From an uncultured virus (IMG/VR IMGVR_UViG_3300012277_000001) (Duplodnaviria; Heunggongvirae; Uroviricota; Caudoviricetes), in IMG/VR virus record IMGVR_UViG_3300012277_000001, positions 1 through 64,000 of that record: a stretch of 64,000 nucleotides of DNA. One strand, 5' to 3'. Within the stretch, counting starts at the first letter, position 1, and each line of letters begins with the position of its first letter. The notes under the pieces are model-generated. The model did not search any database and had not been told where the DNA came from. It saw only the letters and a list, made by a program, of their open reading frames with translations. Of this stretch, positions 9,622 to 19,721 are shown in pieces. Made by a program: the position numbers and the translations under genes.

Positions 9622-10340
9622 ACAAAGACAAAAAGCTTTCTCACATTTTTACCGGGGCCGAAAAAACATTTCTGATCGGCCTTTTGATGGAACGTCACCC
9701 GCAGACCCTTGCCGACCAGTCGGAAAACCCTGAGTGGCGTGCTATGCACACAATGGGCCGCCGACTGATGATGGCTCTGCGTGACAGTGAGCGTCTGGAA
9801 TACATCGAAGAGCGGGCACAGACTTCGTACACCGGCACCAGCTTCGATTTCACCAACAGCAAACAAATTCGCATGTCGTGGCGTGCGGTGCTGGGTGATC
9901 GTAAACCGAATATTCGCGAAGCCATTGATTGGGCTATGCGCGAGCATCCGATGGACCCAACTGCAATTCCACATGCTCCGGAATTTGTTTCGCCCTATCC
10001 GGGGGCTGCAACCGACCCGAAACCGAAGCTGAAGCCTCCACGTTCGGTCCCGCAAAAGAAACAGAAAAAACCGGATTACGGCGACCCTGTGCTGAACACC
10101 GTAATGGAACTGGTGAAATCCCAAGCTTCGCATTGCGGCTACAGCGGAGACTCGTTGCACCCGGCAACGGATTTGCTGGAAAGTGGACACCTTGATTCGC
10201 TGGATCACATCGAATTGATCATGGCAGTCGAAGACGAATATGCAATGGAAATTTCGGACGAAGACGCCGAGAAAATTCGTACACCTTTGCAAATTGTCGA
10301 GTACGTGAATAAAAACCGGCGGGACAACGATCACAACTGA
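9618..10340 (+). CDS. fusion protein with C-terminal acyl carrier protein (ACP)-like domain
   Basis: [32 protein letters not shown] closely follows the AcpP consensus (DSLD.VELVMA.EEEF..EI.DE.AEKI.T). Confidence 0.85.
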   Translation: MNKDKKLSHIFTGAEKTFLIGLLMERHPQTLADQSENPEWRAMHTMGRRLMMALRDSERLEYIEERAQTSYTGTSFDFTNSKQIRMSWRAVLGDRKPNIREAIDWAMREHPMDPTAIPHAPEFVSPYPGAATDPKPKLKPPRSVPQKKQKKPDYGDPVLNTVMELVKSQASHCGYSGDSLHPATDLLESGHLDSLDHIELIMAVEDEYAMEISDEDAEKIRTPLQIVEYVNKNRRDNDHN

Positions 10341-10346
10341 TGGTAA

Positions 10347-10616
10347 GTGCTGATGAATTGGCGCCAATTGCTGGGCCGTTACAAATGGGGAGTGTTTCAC
10401 CTGTGGTTCATAACGTTGGTGCCACTTGTCATTCACTTCTTCACCGGGGAGTTTAAAGGCTGGATTTTTGAATCGAGGGTCGCCGGGTTTTTCGCACTGG
10501 CCGCCGCATTGACGGTGTTTGTGGTGCCTACCGCTTACCTGCACCTATACCTATTGGAAAAACGAGAAAAACGCCATGAGCAAAGACGTACTGGAAAGCA
10601 TCCTCGGCACACCTGA
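10347..10616 (+). CDS. small membrane protein
   Basis: two hydrophobic segments. Confidence 0.65.
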   Translation: MLMNWRQLLGRYKWGVFHLWFITLVPLVIHFFTGEFKGWIFESRVAGFFALAAALTVFVVPTAYLHLYLLEKREKRHEQRRTGKHPRHT

Positions 10617-11118
10617 AGAGTACCGAGCGGCGCAAGCGGCACATGAGAAAAAGAAAGAGGAAAATCGTCAGCGCATCATTGGCAAGTTGCACAAACGCAT
10701 CGCGGAATGCGAAGAAGAATTCCGCAAAGATTTCGAAGCGAGTTTGGATAAACCCCATAACTTCCGCCGCGACGGTGACGGTTACTATTCGCCGATGCCT
10801 GTGCAGTACATGTGGGAAGGTTATCTGTTGCGTTGCAAAGAACTACCTTCATTCGAATTCTTGGGTACTCAAATCCGGCTGCCCTCCGACCCGCAAAAGC
10901 GTTACCACGCAATTGACGAACTGTCGCACGTTTTCAATTCGTACGTGAACCAAATGTTCAGCGTATGGGCCGAGGGTTCCGGGCGCCGTGTGACTGTTGC
11001 TGAAGACATTGAGCGTATGTGTCTGATCGCCTACGCCTGCCTCGACGAAGCCGACTATCACCAGTTCGCTAATCGTCTGGTCACTCCTACTTTCCGCTTG
11101 AAGGCACTTTTCAAATGA
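10576..11118 (+). CDS. hypothetical protein
   Basis: ORF in array. Confidence 0.75.
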   Translation: MSKDVLESILGTPEEYRAAQAAHEKKKEENRQRIIGKLHKRIAECEEEFRKDFEASLDKPHNFRRDGDGYYSPMPVQYMWEGYLLRCKELPSFEFLGTQIRLPSDPQKRYHAIDELSHVFNSYVNQMFSVWAEGSGRRVTVAEDIERMCLIAYACLDEADYHQFANRLVTPTFRLKALFK

Positions 11119-11894
11119 ACGACACCAGCAAATCCCCAATCGACCAAGCACACGAAAAGGGCGAGTTCGAGATTCTGAGTTTCCGTAAGGATCTGGAGCG
11201 TGGCGGCAGCGGCCCGACTTGGCTTTCGCATCTGATTCTCGAAGGCCTGCCGCGTGACCTGATCGAGAAAATTGCAGATGCCCCCGGTTGGGATTCCGAC
11301 CGTATGGCGATTGCGCTGCAAATCAACGGCGTCTATGTAATGCACGCCGATTTCGAAAAAATCTGTTCGTATTTCGCCGACCGCATGCTGAAAGAAAAGC
11401 TGGAGAGGGCCAGCTTTGACGACTTCGAAAAAGCTGTCGAGATTCGCGCCAAAGGCATCATCAAGGCTGGCACCGATACGTTGCAAGAAAAGCTGCACGA
11501 TCTTCACCAGCAGTTGGAAAATCTGACGGGCGTTGCGGGTGATATCGTCCAGCGTGAATGGGATGCACCGTTCGCACATCAAATCACGGACGACATGCAA
11601 CGCGCTGCACTGAATGCACTGGGCCGTTATTTCAGCATCGAACCCGACGTTGATTTCGAAGGCAAATCCGAAGATTCTGAAGAGGCGGCACAGGCACACG
11701 CTAAAGAAGCGATTAAAGCCGTCTATTGTGCCATGGTAAATGCCCGTGACAAGAAATCGCCGCGCACCATCAAACTTCCGAACGTTCGTGGCGAGAGTCT
11801 GAGCATCTACCATACCGTTCGCATGGAACTGATGGAAGAAATCAAGGAAAGTCTGGCACAGCAAGGGCTGCTGTTCGAAGAGGACGACAAATGA
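11115..11894 (+). CDS. hypothetical protein
   Basis: ATGA overlap. Confidence 0.8.
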   Translation: MNDTSKSPIDQAHEKGEFEILSFRKDLERGGSGPTWLSHLILEGLPRDLIEKIADAPGWDSDRMAIALQINGVYVMHADFEKICSYFADRMLKEKLERASFDDFEKAVEIRAKGIIKAGTDTLQEKLHDLHQQLENLTGVAGDIVQREWDAPFAHQITDDMQRAALNALGRYFSIEPDVDFEGKSEDSEEAAQAHAKEAIKAVYCAMVNARDKKSPRTIKLPNVRGESLSIYHTVRMELMEEIKESLAQQGLLFEEDDK

Positions 11895-12250
11895 AAGATT
11901 CAATCACCGTCAAAAACACCACGCAATTCAAGAAATGGCCTGAGCCTTCGGAAATCAAGACCTCGGTCAACCTTTCGGAAGTGGTGCGTGAGTTGCGCCA
12001 GCAGTGGGCCAAAGAACTCGGTTTCGACGATTGCATGTGCATCGCATACGCGTTGTACGACGCCGGGTTTGTTCCTGCATGGTCGTCGGATATTGCCGAA
12101 AACATCATCTGTGGTTACGGTGATTCACCGACCGGTTTCAAATACGAATTGTTGGTCAACCATACGGCTGATGACGGATATGAAATCGTACCGTGGCCTG
12201 CCGTGAAAGACGCCCTGTACCGCTGCACCAAAGAAGGTGGGCCACAATGA
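11891..12250 (+). CDS. hypothetical protein
   Basis: ATGA overlap, GAGGA RBS. Confidence 0.75.
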   Translation: MKDSITVKNTTQFKKWPEPSEIKTSVNLSEVVRELRQQWAKELGFDDCMCIAYALYDAGFVPAWSSDIAENIICGYGDSPTGFKYELLVNHTADDGYEIVPWPAVKDALYRCTKEGGPQ

Positions 12251-13335
12251 TCTTTTTGTACGTGGCGTTTGCGTTGTGTGTTGTTTTCTATTGGCACACG
12301 AAGTTACATGACTGGCACACCACCTGCATCGCAGGCGTGCTCGGTCTGGCCTTGAGCATCGCGTGCTTTTACCTGCCCCTTTATTGGTCCGCTTCTGACG
12401 AAGAAATCTTGAGCGGATCAGTTTCGAAAATGCAGCGTGTTTACGATCCGTATACTGAAACCTATGTGTGCGGCACAGATTCCCACGGCAACCCGAAGAC
12501 CTGTACGCGTTTGGTTGACCAGTGGCGCTGGGATGTAATCAGTGACTACGGTGATTCTTTTAGCGAATACACGTCGCAAAAGATTCGGGCGCCCGAAATC
12601 TATTCAGCAACACGCGTCGGCGATCCGTTTTCCAGCACCAAAAAATTCCTGAATTACCAGAACGTGAGCGAGCAATCGACCATGATCGACCGCGACTCCG
12701 CCCGCGAATACAAAGGTTGGTTGCCGGTGTATCCGCACCTGTACGCCGGGATTAAAGTCGCACGCGGTTTCTCGAATACTCCGTTTGTAGACCAACGCGT
12801 TCTGTCCCGTGCACTGTCGCTGGCACAAAAGCGCTGGGGGCCGATGTACGGAATCAACCTGAGTGTCGTGGTTCTCGATCACCACACCGATTTCCGTGGG
12901 TTCTATAACGCCATGGCTTCGAAGTGGAAGGGCGGCAAGAAAAACGATGCGGTGTTGATTATCCAACTGGATGAAAAGGGTAGTCCGGTGCGTGCTGATT
13001 CGTTCAGCCGATCAGCCGACGAACTGCTGGACGAACGTGGCTTGAATTTCACAAAGCTTTTGCATGTGGAAGGTCTGGCCAGTCAATCACAAAAGGATCG
13101 TTTGGATATCGACGCTTTGATCGTCGCGCTGGATCAAACCATGCGTTACTTCCAACGTGAAGACATGGGGCGCTATGACTTCCTGAAGGATGAATATTCG
13201 CCCAGCTGGTATGCGATATTGCTGTCGTTCATCTTGATGTTCGCCGCCATTTCCATAACTGTAAATAAACTCTGTGACCACCTCGATAGTCGCGGCGGAT
13301 ACCGCCGAATGAATCGTCGCTTTGGCACGTTTTGA
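12247..13335 (+). CDS. membrane protein with large soluble domain, TPM-like (WKGGKKND motif)
   Basis: N- and C-terminal TM helices; KWKGGKKNDAVLII resembles the TPM-domain W.G..ND motif. Confidence 0.6.
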   Translation: MIFLYVAFALCVVFYWHTKLHDWHTTCIAGVLGLALSIACFYLPLYWSASDEEILSGSVSKMQRVYDPYTETYVCGTDSHGNPKTCTRLVDQWRWDVISDYGDSFSEYTSQKIRAPEIYSATRVGDPFSSTKKFLNYQNVSEQSTMIDRDSAREYKGWLPVYPHLYAGIKVARGFSNTPFVDQRVLSRALSLAQKRWGPMYGINLSVVVLDHHTDFRGFYNAMASKWKGGKKNDAVLIIQLDEKGSPVRADSFSRSADELLDERGLNFTKLLHVEGLASQSQKDRLDIDALIVALDQTMRYFQREDMGRYDFLKDEYSPSWYAILLSFILMFAAISITVNKLCDHLDSRGGYRRMNRRFGTF

Positions 13336-13368
13336 TCGCAACACCACCAACCTAAAGGAAGCTACACA

Positions 13369-13980
13369 TTGAAAGAAATTTCTGACCTGTTTTCCACCAA
13401 GTGGATCGTGATCGGTCTGCTGGCAATCGCTGCCGTGTGGACCATCAGCATCAACAACACGCTGGTGACTCAAGAGTCTGGCATTATCGGGGCCAACAAG
13501 TCCCGTCAAGCCACGCTGTCGAACATCAGCCAGAAGATCAAAGAAGCCATCGGCGTGCAGGACATGAACGTCGAAAACATCCGTAAAACGGTGAACGAAC
13601 AAATCGCGACCCGTGCCGGTGATGGTGGCCTGAAAGCAACCATGCTTTTCCTGCAAGAAAACAACATCGCCCCTTCGCAGGCGTTGGCGGAAAAGATCGT
13701 GAACCTGATCGACCAAGGCCGCGAGAAATTCCTGCGTGAAGAAAAGCTGATGAACGACCGTAAAACCGTGTCGTGTATCTTCCGTGGGAAATTCCCGAAC
13801 AGCTTCGTGATCAACACGCTGAACCTTGCCGACCTGAAAATCGGCTGTAAGGGCGGTGAGGACGATTACGCGCCGCTGATGAACGATAAGGCTGCCGAAT
13901 CGTTCCGCACTGGTCAAGATCAGGGCCTGTACGACCTACCGGCACGTACCCCGGCTGCGCCTGCGCCAGCCAAGCAATAA
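13369..13980 (+). CDS. LemA-like membrane-anchored protein
   Basis: N-terminal TM followed by NTLVTQES; helical body; late FPNSFV motif; TTG start with AAGGA RBS. Confidence 0.55.
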   Translation: MKEISDLFSTKWIVIGLLAIAAVWTISINNTLVTQESGIIGANKSRQATLSNISQKIKEAIGVQDMNVENIRKTVNEQIATRAGDGGLKATMLFLQENNIAPSQALAEKIVNLIDQGREKFLREEKLMNDRKTVSCIFRGKFPNSFVINTLNLADLKIGCKGGEDDYAPLMNDKAAESFRTGQDQGLYDLPARTPAAPAPAKQ

Positions 13981-13991
13981 CGGAAATGAAT

Positions 13992-14016
13992 CGGGTGCCC
14001 TAGCGGCGCCCGTTTC
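13992..14016 (+). terminator. hairpin / probable terminator
   Basis: CGGGTGCC-CTAGC-GGCGCCCG followed by TTTCT. Confidence 0.55.
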
Positions 14017-14036
14017 TGGATCTAGAGGAAACGGCC

Positions 14037-14315
14037 ATGGGCCAACGGAACGTAACAACAAAGCGTCAAGGGCTGATCAAGTTCACTGGAACCAAACCAG
14101 TTGATTACGACGAAGAATTCGTGGATGAAGATTTCGATATCATCCGCACAATCGTCAATCTGGTCCGTCGTTATCCAAAATCCAAAGCTGAGTTCATTCG
14201 TGAGGAACTTGGCAAATACCACAAAGGCGTCACCGACCGCCAAATAGCACGGTGCTGCAAATTCATCACTTCCCGCTGGTCTGCGCCTACACTGCGCGAA
14301 CTAGCTAAACGCTAG
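14037..14315 (+). CDS. hypothetical protein
   Basis: GAGGA RBS. Confidence 0.7.
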   Translation: MGQRNVTTKRQGLIKFTGTKPVDYDEEFVDEDFDIIRTIVNLVRRYPKSKAEFIREELGKYHKGVTDRQIARCCKFITSRWSAPTLRELAKR

Positions 14316-14332
14316 GGTACAGGGAAAATAAA

Positions 14333-14704
14333 ATGCAGGAAATGAATCGGAAACAAGTTCAGGAACTTTACGCAGAAATTCGTGACGCGCAGAACATCAT
14401 CTGCTGCCCGTATTGCGGGACCGGCAAGGTAAAGGAATACCGCAAGCATTCGCAGCACTGTTCCGGCCAATGGAACACCAGCACGCAATTCGAATGCGGT
14501 GCACAGTTTGCGTATTCACCGAACCTGATCTGCGTCGAGCAGATTTACATGTGCCAACAGTCGCCGGAATGGAAAGCGCGGATCAAAAAGGTCGATGAAA
14601 TGCGCCCCAAGATTTACGAATTTGCGGTGGCTAATGGCGTGCACGAACTCGACCTGAAGAAGCTGAAAGACAAGCTCGAAGGTTGGAATCCGCGCTACTT
14701 CTGA
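14333..14704 (+). CDS. Cys-rich (Zn-ribbon-like) hypothetical protein
   Basis: CCPYCG ... FECG. Confidence 0.7.
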   Translation: MQEMNRKQVQELYAEIRDAQNIICCPYCGTGKVKEYRKHSQHCSGQWNTSTQFECGAQFAYSPNLICVEQIYMCQQSPEWKARIKKVDEMRPKIYEFAVANGVHELDLKKLKDKLEGWNPRYF

Positions 14705-14715
14705 GGAACCGGGAA

Positions 14716-14991
14716 ATGGACGAAAAAATCTGGAGTCGCCGCGCCACCCTGCCGCTCAATGCCAACGGCGGTATGGGCCAACGTGACCGCAACTTCGAAG
14801 GTGCTAGCCACCATGTCAAAGCTGTGCGTGAGCAGGCGTTGCAGCGTGTAGAACGTGCTATCGAGAAGCTGGAACATTCCAAAGGCCAACGTGCGATTGA
14901 ACGCCTATACGAAACCCGATTCTCGGTCAGTGCTGGCAAACCCTGCCTGACGGTCGTCGTCACCTTCGTTATGATCGACCGGGAGAAATAA
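14716..14991 (+). CDS. hypothetical protein
   Basis: GAGGA RBS. Confidence 0.7.
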   Translation: MDEKIWSRRATLPLNANGGMGQRDRNFEGASHHVKAVREQALQRVERAIEKLEHSKGQRAIERLYETRFSVSAGKPCLTVVVTFVMIDREK

Positions 14992-14993
14992 AA

Positions 14994-15176
14994 ATGCATG
15001 CAGGTGGGTACGTTGAAAGCCGACTCGAAGAGGGGCGGAAAAATTCCGAAATCAATGCGGTGGCTGATAGTCTGCTGATCGAACTCAAACGTATGCAGGC
15101 CCGTGGCAAATTTAAACCCACGCACGAAGCATCGGTTCTGATGGAAAAGCTGGACCGCGCACTCAACAAACTTTAA
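14994..15176 (+). CDS. hypothetical protein
   Basis: GGAG RBS. Confidence 0.65.
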   Translation: MHAGGYVESRLEEGRKNSEINAVADSLLIELKRMQARGKFKPTHEASVLMEKLDRALNKL

Positions 15177-15185
15177 GGAAACACC

Positions 15186-15911
15186 ATGACCGAAGTTCGC
15201 TTGGACTATGACGAAAAACTGCGAGAAATTATCTCCAAATGGGAAGACTCGCTTGAGGCAAACTACGACGATTACGAATACGTCGATGGTGAGGAAGGCG
15301 ACTACGGTATCATTCGCTACTATGGCATCGACGAGTACGGCAACGCAAACGTGCACCTGATGACCAAGTATGTACACGGCGGCGATCATGAGCGGTCCCT
15401 GTACACGATGGAAGGTGCCAACATGGTTCAGCGAATTATCCAGCAGAATCTCGAAAAGGCGTTACGGGAATCGTTGGAAGCATCTTTGGACCCCGGCGAG
15501 TCCGAGGGCATGTTCCACGGCTGGAAAGCGCACACCGAAGAAGCTGCACGCCTTATCGAAAAACAAGGCCGTCGTTTCGTTACCAATATCTTCCCCGGCT
15601 ACGATGGCCACGGCATGCCGAAAGAAATGGAAAACGGCGCCGTTTACCGTTTCGGCTACAAGTATTACGTGTGTGTCGTTCATCCGAAGAAACCTGATCG
15701 GGAACAGACGATGTATTTCTACAACATCGTCAACCCAGCTGAGCGCCTGATGATCGAACTCACGATGGAAGGCAACGCGAACCGTGGCCTGTTCTGCACA
15801 CACCATGCGAATTGGCGTCAAGCGCTGGGTCAGCGCAAAATCAAACCGTGGGTTGTGGCTGACGATGATGCCCTGCCTTCCCGTTCACCTGCGTTGCGAA
15901 TTCTACTATGA
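15186..15911 (+). CDS. hypothetical protein
   Basis: AAGGA RBS. Confidence 0.8.
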   Translation: MTEVRLDYDEKLREIISKWEDSLEANYDDYEYVDGEEGDYGIIRYYGIDEYGNANVHLMTKYVHGGDHERSLYTMEGANMVQRIIQQNLEKALRESLEASLDPGESEGMFHGWKAHTEEAARLIEKQGRRFVTNIFPGYDGHGMPKEMENGAVYRFGYKYYVCVVHPKKPDREQTMYFYNIVNPAERLMIELTMEGNANRGLFCTHHANWRQALGQRKIKPWVVADDDALPSRSPALRILL

Positions 15912-16108
15912 GAGAACTGATGACCCTTTTGTGGATGTTGGTTTTCCCGTTGGCCTATATCTACATTGCGATTTGGGGCATGTGGTGGCCCCGTCATTCA
16001 ATTGAACACGGGCGAATTACTGCCATCACATTCGTGGTCTATGTGGGCTGGATGGTATACTCGGCTTTCGGCTCCGAAATATTCGATCATATCCAACGGA
16101 CATTCTGA
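15908..16108 (+). CDS. small membrane protein
   Basis: two TM segments; ATGA overlap. Confidence 0.65.
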   Translation: MRELMTLLWMLVFPLAYIYIAIWGMWWPRHSIEHGRITAITFVVYVGWMVYSAFGSEIFDHIQRTF

Positions 16109-16110
16109 TC

Positions 16111-16575
16111 ATGTGGGAAAATACGAAAATCTATCTGTCCACTATTCCACGCAAGGCTTGGTGGCTTATCGGATGGGCTGCGTTGTATGCAGCGGTTGCA
16201 CTGGGCTATCTGTACTACGAAATTTCCAACGACATTTTCTTCACGGAGAAGTCGCGTTTTAGTTCGGTGCTCATGTTGGTACAAATGGTATGGGTCGTTA
16301 TCAGCGCACTTCCGCTGATTCCCAACACGCACCTCAACAGCTGGGTTTTCAATTGGAGCGCTCGGCCATTTTTCATCATCAAAGAACGTGACACTAACCA
16401 CTTCGTAAAGGTGATGGCTACGCACCCTTTGTTTACCGAAGATTTCAACCTTGCGCAGCGCTTTTGGGACTTAAAAGAGGCGAAGTCACACCGCGCCTAT
16501 TTGGAAAGCCGTCGGGCGAGCCTGCACGACGAATATGAAATCAAAACAATCTTTCGAGTGAAGGCCAAAAAATGA
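16111..16575 (+). CDS. membrane protein
   Basis: two N-terminal TM segments. Confidence 0.7.
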   Translation: MWENTKIYLSTIPRKAWWLIGWAALYAAVALGYLYYEISNDIFFTEKSRFSSVLMLVQMVWVVISALPLIPNTHLNSWVFNWSARPFFIIKERDTNHFVKVMATHPLFTEDFNLAQRFWDLKEAKSHRAYLESRRASLHDEYEIKTIFRVKAKK

Positions 16576-17384
16576 AATACGAAGTTTTCCAAGTCCAGAA
16601 AGCCAACATGATGTTTGAAGTGGGCGTCATGCATCACGACGCACTGACCCACGCCGACATTGCAAAAGCTTTGCGCCCAAGCATCGCAGAAACCTACAGC
16701 ACTACGCTCGAACGTGTGGTTGTGGTGGGTGCCGGTTTCTGTTCTGACGGCATTCCGTTCCAGTGCTGGGGTAGTTCTGATTCACTTGGAATTTCCAGCC
16801 GTGGCGATGCAGACGAAGCAACTCTGACTAGTTCGATGCTGAACTTTCAAAATGTGAAGGTTTCGCCATTCGACAAAATCAGCTGCGTCATGGGCAACGT
16901 CTCCCAAACCTGCGCACATGCCATTGTGGAAATGCGTCGAAAGACCTTCGTGGTTGGCCACCAATTTAGCGCGTACAACATCGAGTCGGAAGACTACGCC
17001 GATTTCGAAGAAGGTATGCTGCTGCGTTACAAAGGCCCAAGCCTCGATGCAGAAGGCGAAACGGTCAACCTGTTCGCCGTGGATTCAAGTTCCAAATACT
17101 ACGCTGATTACGAGGGTATTTACTGCCTGACAAATCAAAACATGATGCACATTTTCGAGGACAGCGAAATCGTGCGGCGCTTGTCGCGTACGCAAACAGG
17201 TGTGGCTCTGCTGGACAACAAACCGAGCGTGGTTGAGATTCACGGGATTGTCGATCCGTGGCCTCTCACTGACGACCATGAAGATTTCCGCGCCCGCTAT
17301 TCCCTGTTGGGAGATTCGCAGGTGTTGGTGAAGATCGGGTCGCTGAAAGAAATTCTCGAATTCTTCAACATCGAAATGGACTAA
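16572..17384 (+). CDS. hypothetical protein; N-terminal domain shared with 52765 and 61154 ORFs
   Basis: LTHAD..AGFC..G.S.SL..SRG..D motif. Confidence 0.75.
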   Translation: MKYEVFQVQKANMMFEVGVMHHDALTHADIAKALRPSIAETYSTTLERVVVVGAGFCSDGIPFQCWGSSDSLGISSRGDADEATLTSSMLNFQNVKVSPFDKISCVMGNVSQTCAHAIVEMRRKTFVVGHQFSAYNIESEDYADFEEGMLLRYKGPSLDAEGETVNLFAVDSSSKYYADYEGIYCLTNQNMMHIFEDSEIVRRLSRTQTGVALLDNKPSVVEIHGIVDPWPLTDDHEDFRARYSLLGDSQVLVKIGSLKEILEFFNIEMD

Positions 17385-17386
17385 CC

Positions 17387-17899
17387 GTGCTATTCAGCTA
17401 CAGCAGTGCGGTGCGTGAAATGCAGCGTATGAATGCGAACGGCGGTAAAGGCCAATACTCCATTTCGAAACGCTGGTATGGCTGGGTCGTTGTAGAAGAC
17501 CTACCTATCTATAAACCTGAAAATCAGATTCCGGAACCGATTGTTATGGAACGTTACGTTTTGTTGTACCCACACCCGGCTTGCCTGCGTGTCATTGTCG
17601 ATCACGCTGCCCGCCATTCGAAGAAAATCATCATCACGCCGGAGCAGGCTAAGCAGTACGTCGAATTGCTGGCAAAAAATGCTTTCAAGATTCAAGGTTA
17701 CGTTGGCCTGAAGATCGAATGTGACCGCCTGCCCATGGCGTACAAACTGCCTGCCGAAGAGATTTTCCAAGTGGACGATCAGGGCAACTTGAAGTCCATC
17801 AAGTCACGCATGGCTACCAAGACCGCAACTTCTGCTGCATACGCGGCGTTGGCCGATGTTTTCCCGCGCATGAAATTGCAAATTGCGGAGGATAAGTAA
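17387..17899 (+). CDS. hypothetical protein
   Basis: ORF in array. Confidence 0.7.
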   Translation: MLFSYSSAVREMQRMNANGGKGQYSISKRWYGWVVVEDLPIYKPENQIPEPIVMERYVLLYPHPACLRVIVDHAARHSKKIIITPEQAKQYVELLAKNAFKIQGYVGLKIECDRLPMAYKLPAEEIFQVDDQGNLKSIKSRMATKTATSAAYAALADVFPRMKLQIAEDK

Positions 17900-18717
17900 T
17901 GTTCGACCGGCACCAAATCATGCTGACCGATGATCAGCGTGAATTGCTGAAAGTGCAGATAGAGCAGCTGGGGTTACGCCCACTGCTGATCAGCGAAACA
18001 GGCAGCAAGGCTTGGGGCACCAACACCCCGGAATCCGATCACGATTTCACGGTAGTTGCACACGACGTGGATTATGATTATTTCCGCTGGCCCCGCGATT
18101 CGTTCACAGGCAAGCTGAATTTCTTGGGGCAGGAATGCGACGTTCGTTATTTCTCGCCGCAAAAATTCCTGCGCAAGTTGGCCCGGTCAGAACTGGTAGC
18201 ATACGAATCGGTTTACACGCCATACGGCTACCTCGATGCTTCCGAAAACTGGCGTGACTTGTTCAAGACAGTTGTGGAAACTGTTTTCGATCCGCGCGAA
18301 ATGTATCGCTCGGTTATCGGGTCCATGCAAAGCGTAAAGCACGAATCTGAACAAAAGCGTCGGCGCCAGCAATTCCGTTATATGTTCGTGGGCCTTCAGC
18401 TGATGGATTATCTGGAAGCTACCGACTCGAAAAATCTGCCGTACGTGCATATCGAACAATACCGCGAACATGGCAAAGGCCAGCGCCGGTACAGTGAGAT
18501 TTTGGACATGTACGACTGGGCAATGGCGGCTGATCCAGCGAACACCGAGCGCATGCGTGCTGAAGGTGTGCAGAAAATGTTGATTGCTTTCTGTTACCCG
18601 AAGGTCGTCGAATTCAAACAGGATCAGCACCGCGAATTCCTGAGCAAGACACTGGCGCGCTTGATGGGCCAACCCCAAACGTGGGCCGAACAACTCGAAG
18701 CGTTGGAGGGCAAATGA
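17899..18717 (+). CDS. predicted nucleotidyltransferase (Pol-beta superfamily, YcgL/PF10127-like)
   Basis: SETGSKAWGTNTPESDHDF matches GS.a.G....SD.D signature. Confidence 0.8.
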   Translation: MFDRHQIMLTDDQRELLKVQIEQLGLRPLLISETGSKAWGTNTPESDHDFTVVAHDVDYDYFRWPRDSFTGKLNFLGQECDVRYFSPQKFLRKLARSELVAYESVYTPYGYLDASENWRDLFKTVVETVFDPREMYRSVIGSMQSVKHESEQKRRRQQFRYMFVGLQLMDYLEATDSKNLPYVHIEQYREHGKGQRRYSEILDMYDWAMAADPANTERMRAEGVQKMLIAFCYPKVVEFKQDQHREFLSKTLARLMGQPQTWAEQLEALEGK

Positions 18718-18989
18718 AACACGAACACGGATACCACGGGCGGTCCTATTCGGTCGCCATGCTGATGCGTCGGGCACGTGCTCTGTCGAAGGCGCCCGGT
18801 GATTTGATTTGGGACGCGTTAAACACCCGTTTCGTACGTGCGCACCACCGCTGGAAAACGCGCTATGAGCGCCAACGTCAACATGCAATTCATCTGGAAC
18901 AGCTGCTTGCCGAAAAGAATGCGCTGATCCGCGAACTTACGGAAAAGGTTGAACACCTTGAGCAGCCAAAAGAATTTTTTGCTAAATAA
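18714..18989 (+). CDS. hypothetical protein (coiled-coil C-terminus)
   Basis: GGAGG RBS, ATGA overlap. Confidence 0.7.
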   Translation: MKHEHGYHGRSYSVAMLMRRARALSKAPGDLIWDALNTRFVRAHHRWKTRYERQRQHAIHLEQLLAEKNALIRELTEKVEHLEQPKEFFAK

Positions 18990-19440
18990 CAACCAGTGGG
19001 AACGATTGGAATTGTTTCTGACCAGCGAACCCGGCTGGGATGGTGGCAACGCCAAAGGGGCACCCGACGCTAAAACAGTTGCCGACGCACTGACGGTTCT
19101 TCAATTCCTGCGTAGTCACGGAATTAAAACGCCGTGCTTGTTCATGGGCAGCAGCGCAGAAATTGAAATCGCACACATTTCGAAAGACCGTCAAGTCTAC
19201 CTGAACATCGAATGCTTGGGCGAAGGTCAATTTATGATCGGCTGGTTTGACGCCGAACACGAAACCGCGTTCTTCATTCACAGCCTAACGGAAATGCCTG
19301 AGCCGTTTATTCAGGCGATGCGGAAAATTGAGGAAGAGGAATATGGCCCGACAGACGAAATTGGAAATTGGACAAATCCAAGCGCAAATCCTGAAGGCGG
19401 AGCAGCAGGCTATAAAACGCGGGTTCATCACAAAGGTTAA
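18949..19440 (+). CDS. hypothetical protein with L..GWDG..A motif (start uncertain)
   Basis: EPGWDGGNA; similar segment in C-terminus of 56957 ORF. Confidence 0.65.
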   Translation: MNTLSSQKNFLLNNNQWERLELFLTSEPGWDGGNAKGAPDAKTVADALTVLQFLRSHGIKTPCLFMGSSAEIEIAHISKDRQVYLNIECLGEGQFMIGWFDAEHETAFFIHSLTEMPEPFIQAMRKIEEEEYGPTDEIGNWTNPSANPEGGAAGYKTRVHHKG

Positions 19441-19615
19441 CGAACTCGAATTCGGCTGGCATCTGGCAGTCTGGTACAACGGCAAGCAAAAGGCGTCTAT
19501 CGAACTGGCCAAGGCGGGTAACTGCGTGTGCCGCTTCTACGACGCCAAGGGCACCACCGTACGCGTGACGACCGATCAACCCGTGTCCGCTGTGGGGCAG
19601 TGCTACGCGGGCTAG
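19343..19615 (+). CDS. hypothetical protein
   Basis: GAGGA RBS. Confidence 0.65.
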   Translation: MARQTKLEIGQIQAQILKAEQQAIKRGFITKVNELEFGWHLAVWYNGKQKASIELAKAGNCVCRFYDAKGTTVRVTTDQPVSAVGQCYAG

Positions 19616-19631
19616 GCCGGGGCCTGCTGCC

Positions 19632-19661
19632 TTGACAGGGCAACCCGACGAATGGTAGTGT
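19632..19661 (+). promoter_or_regulatory. sigma70-type promoter
   Basis: TTGACA-18 bp-TAGTGT with extended TGn, intergenic, upstream of 19722. Confidence 0.6.
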
Positions 19662-19721
19662 GGCGGCTTGGCCAACGTGTGGCCGAAACCTTTGCACTCA
19701 CACAATTGAGGAAGTTTGTAC

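Noticed and set aside
19614..19715. Possible tRNA-like or riboswitch element in GC-rich gap
   Set aside because: Better explained by the sigma70-like promoter plus a small GGCCA/TGGCC hairpin; no recognisable RNA family motif
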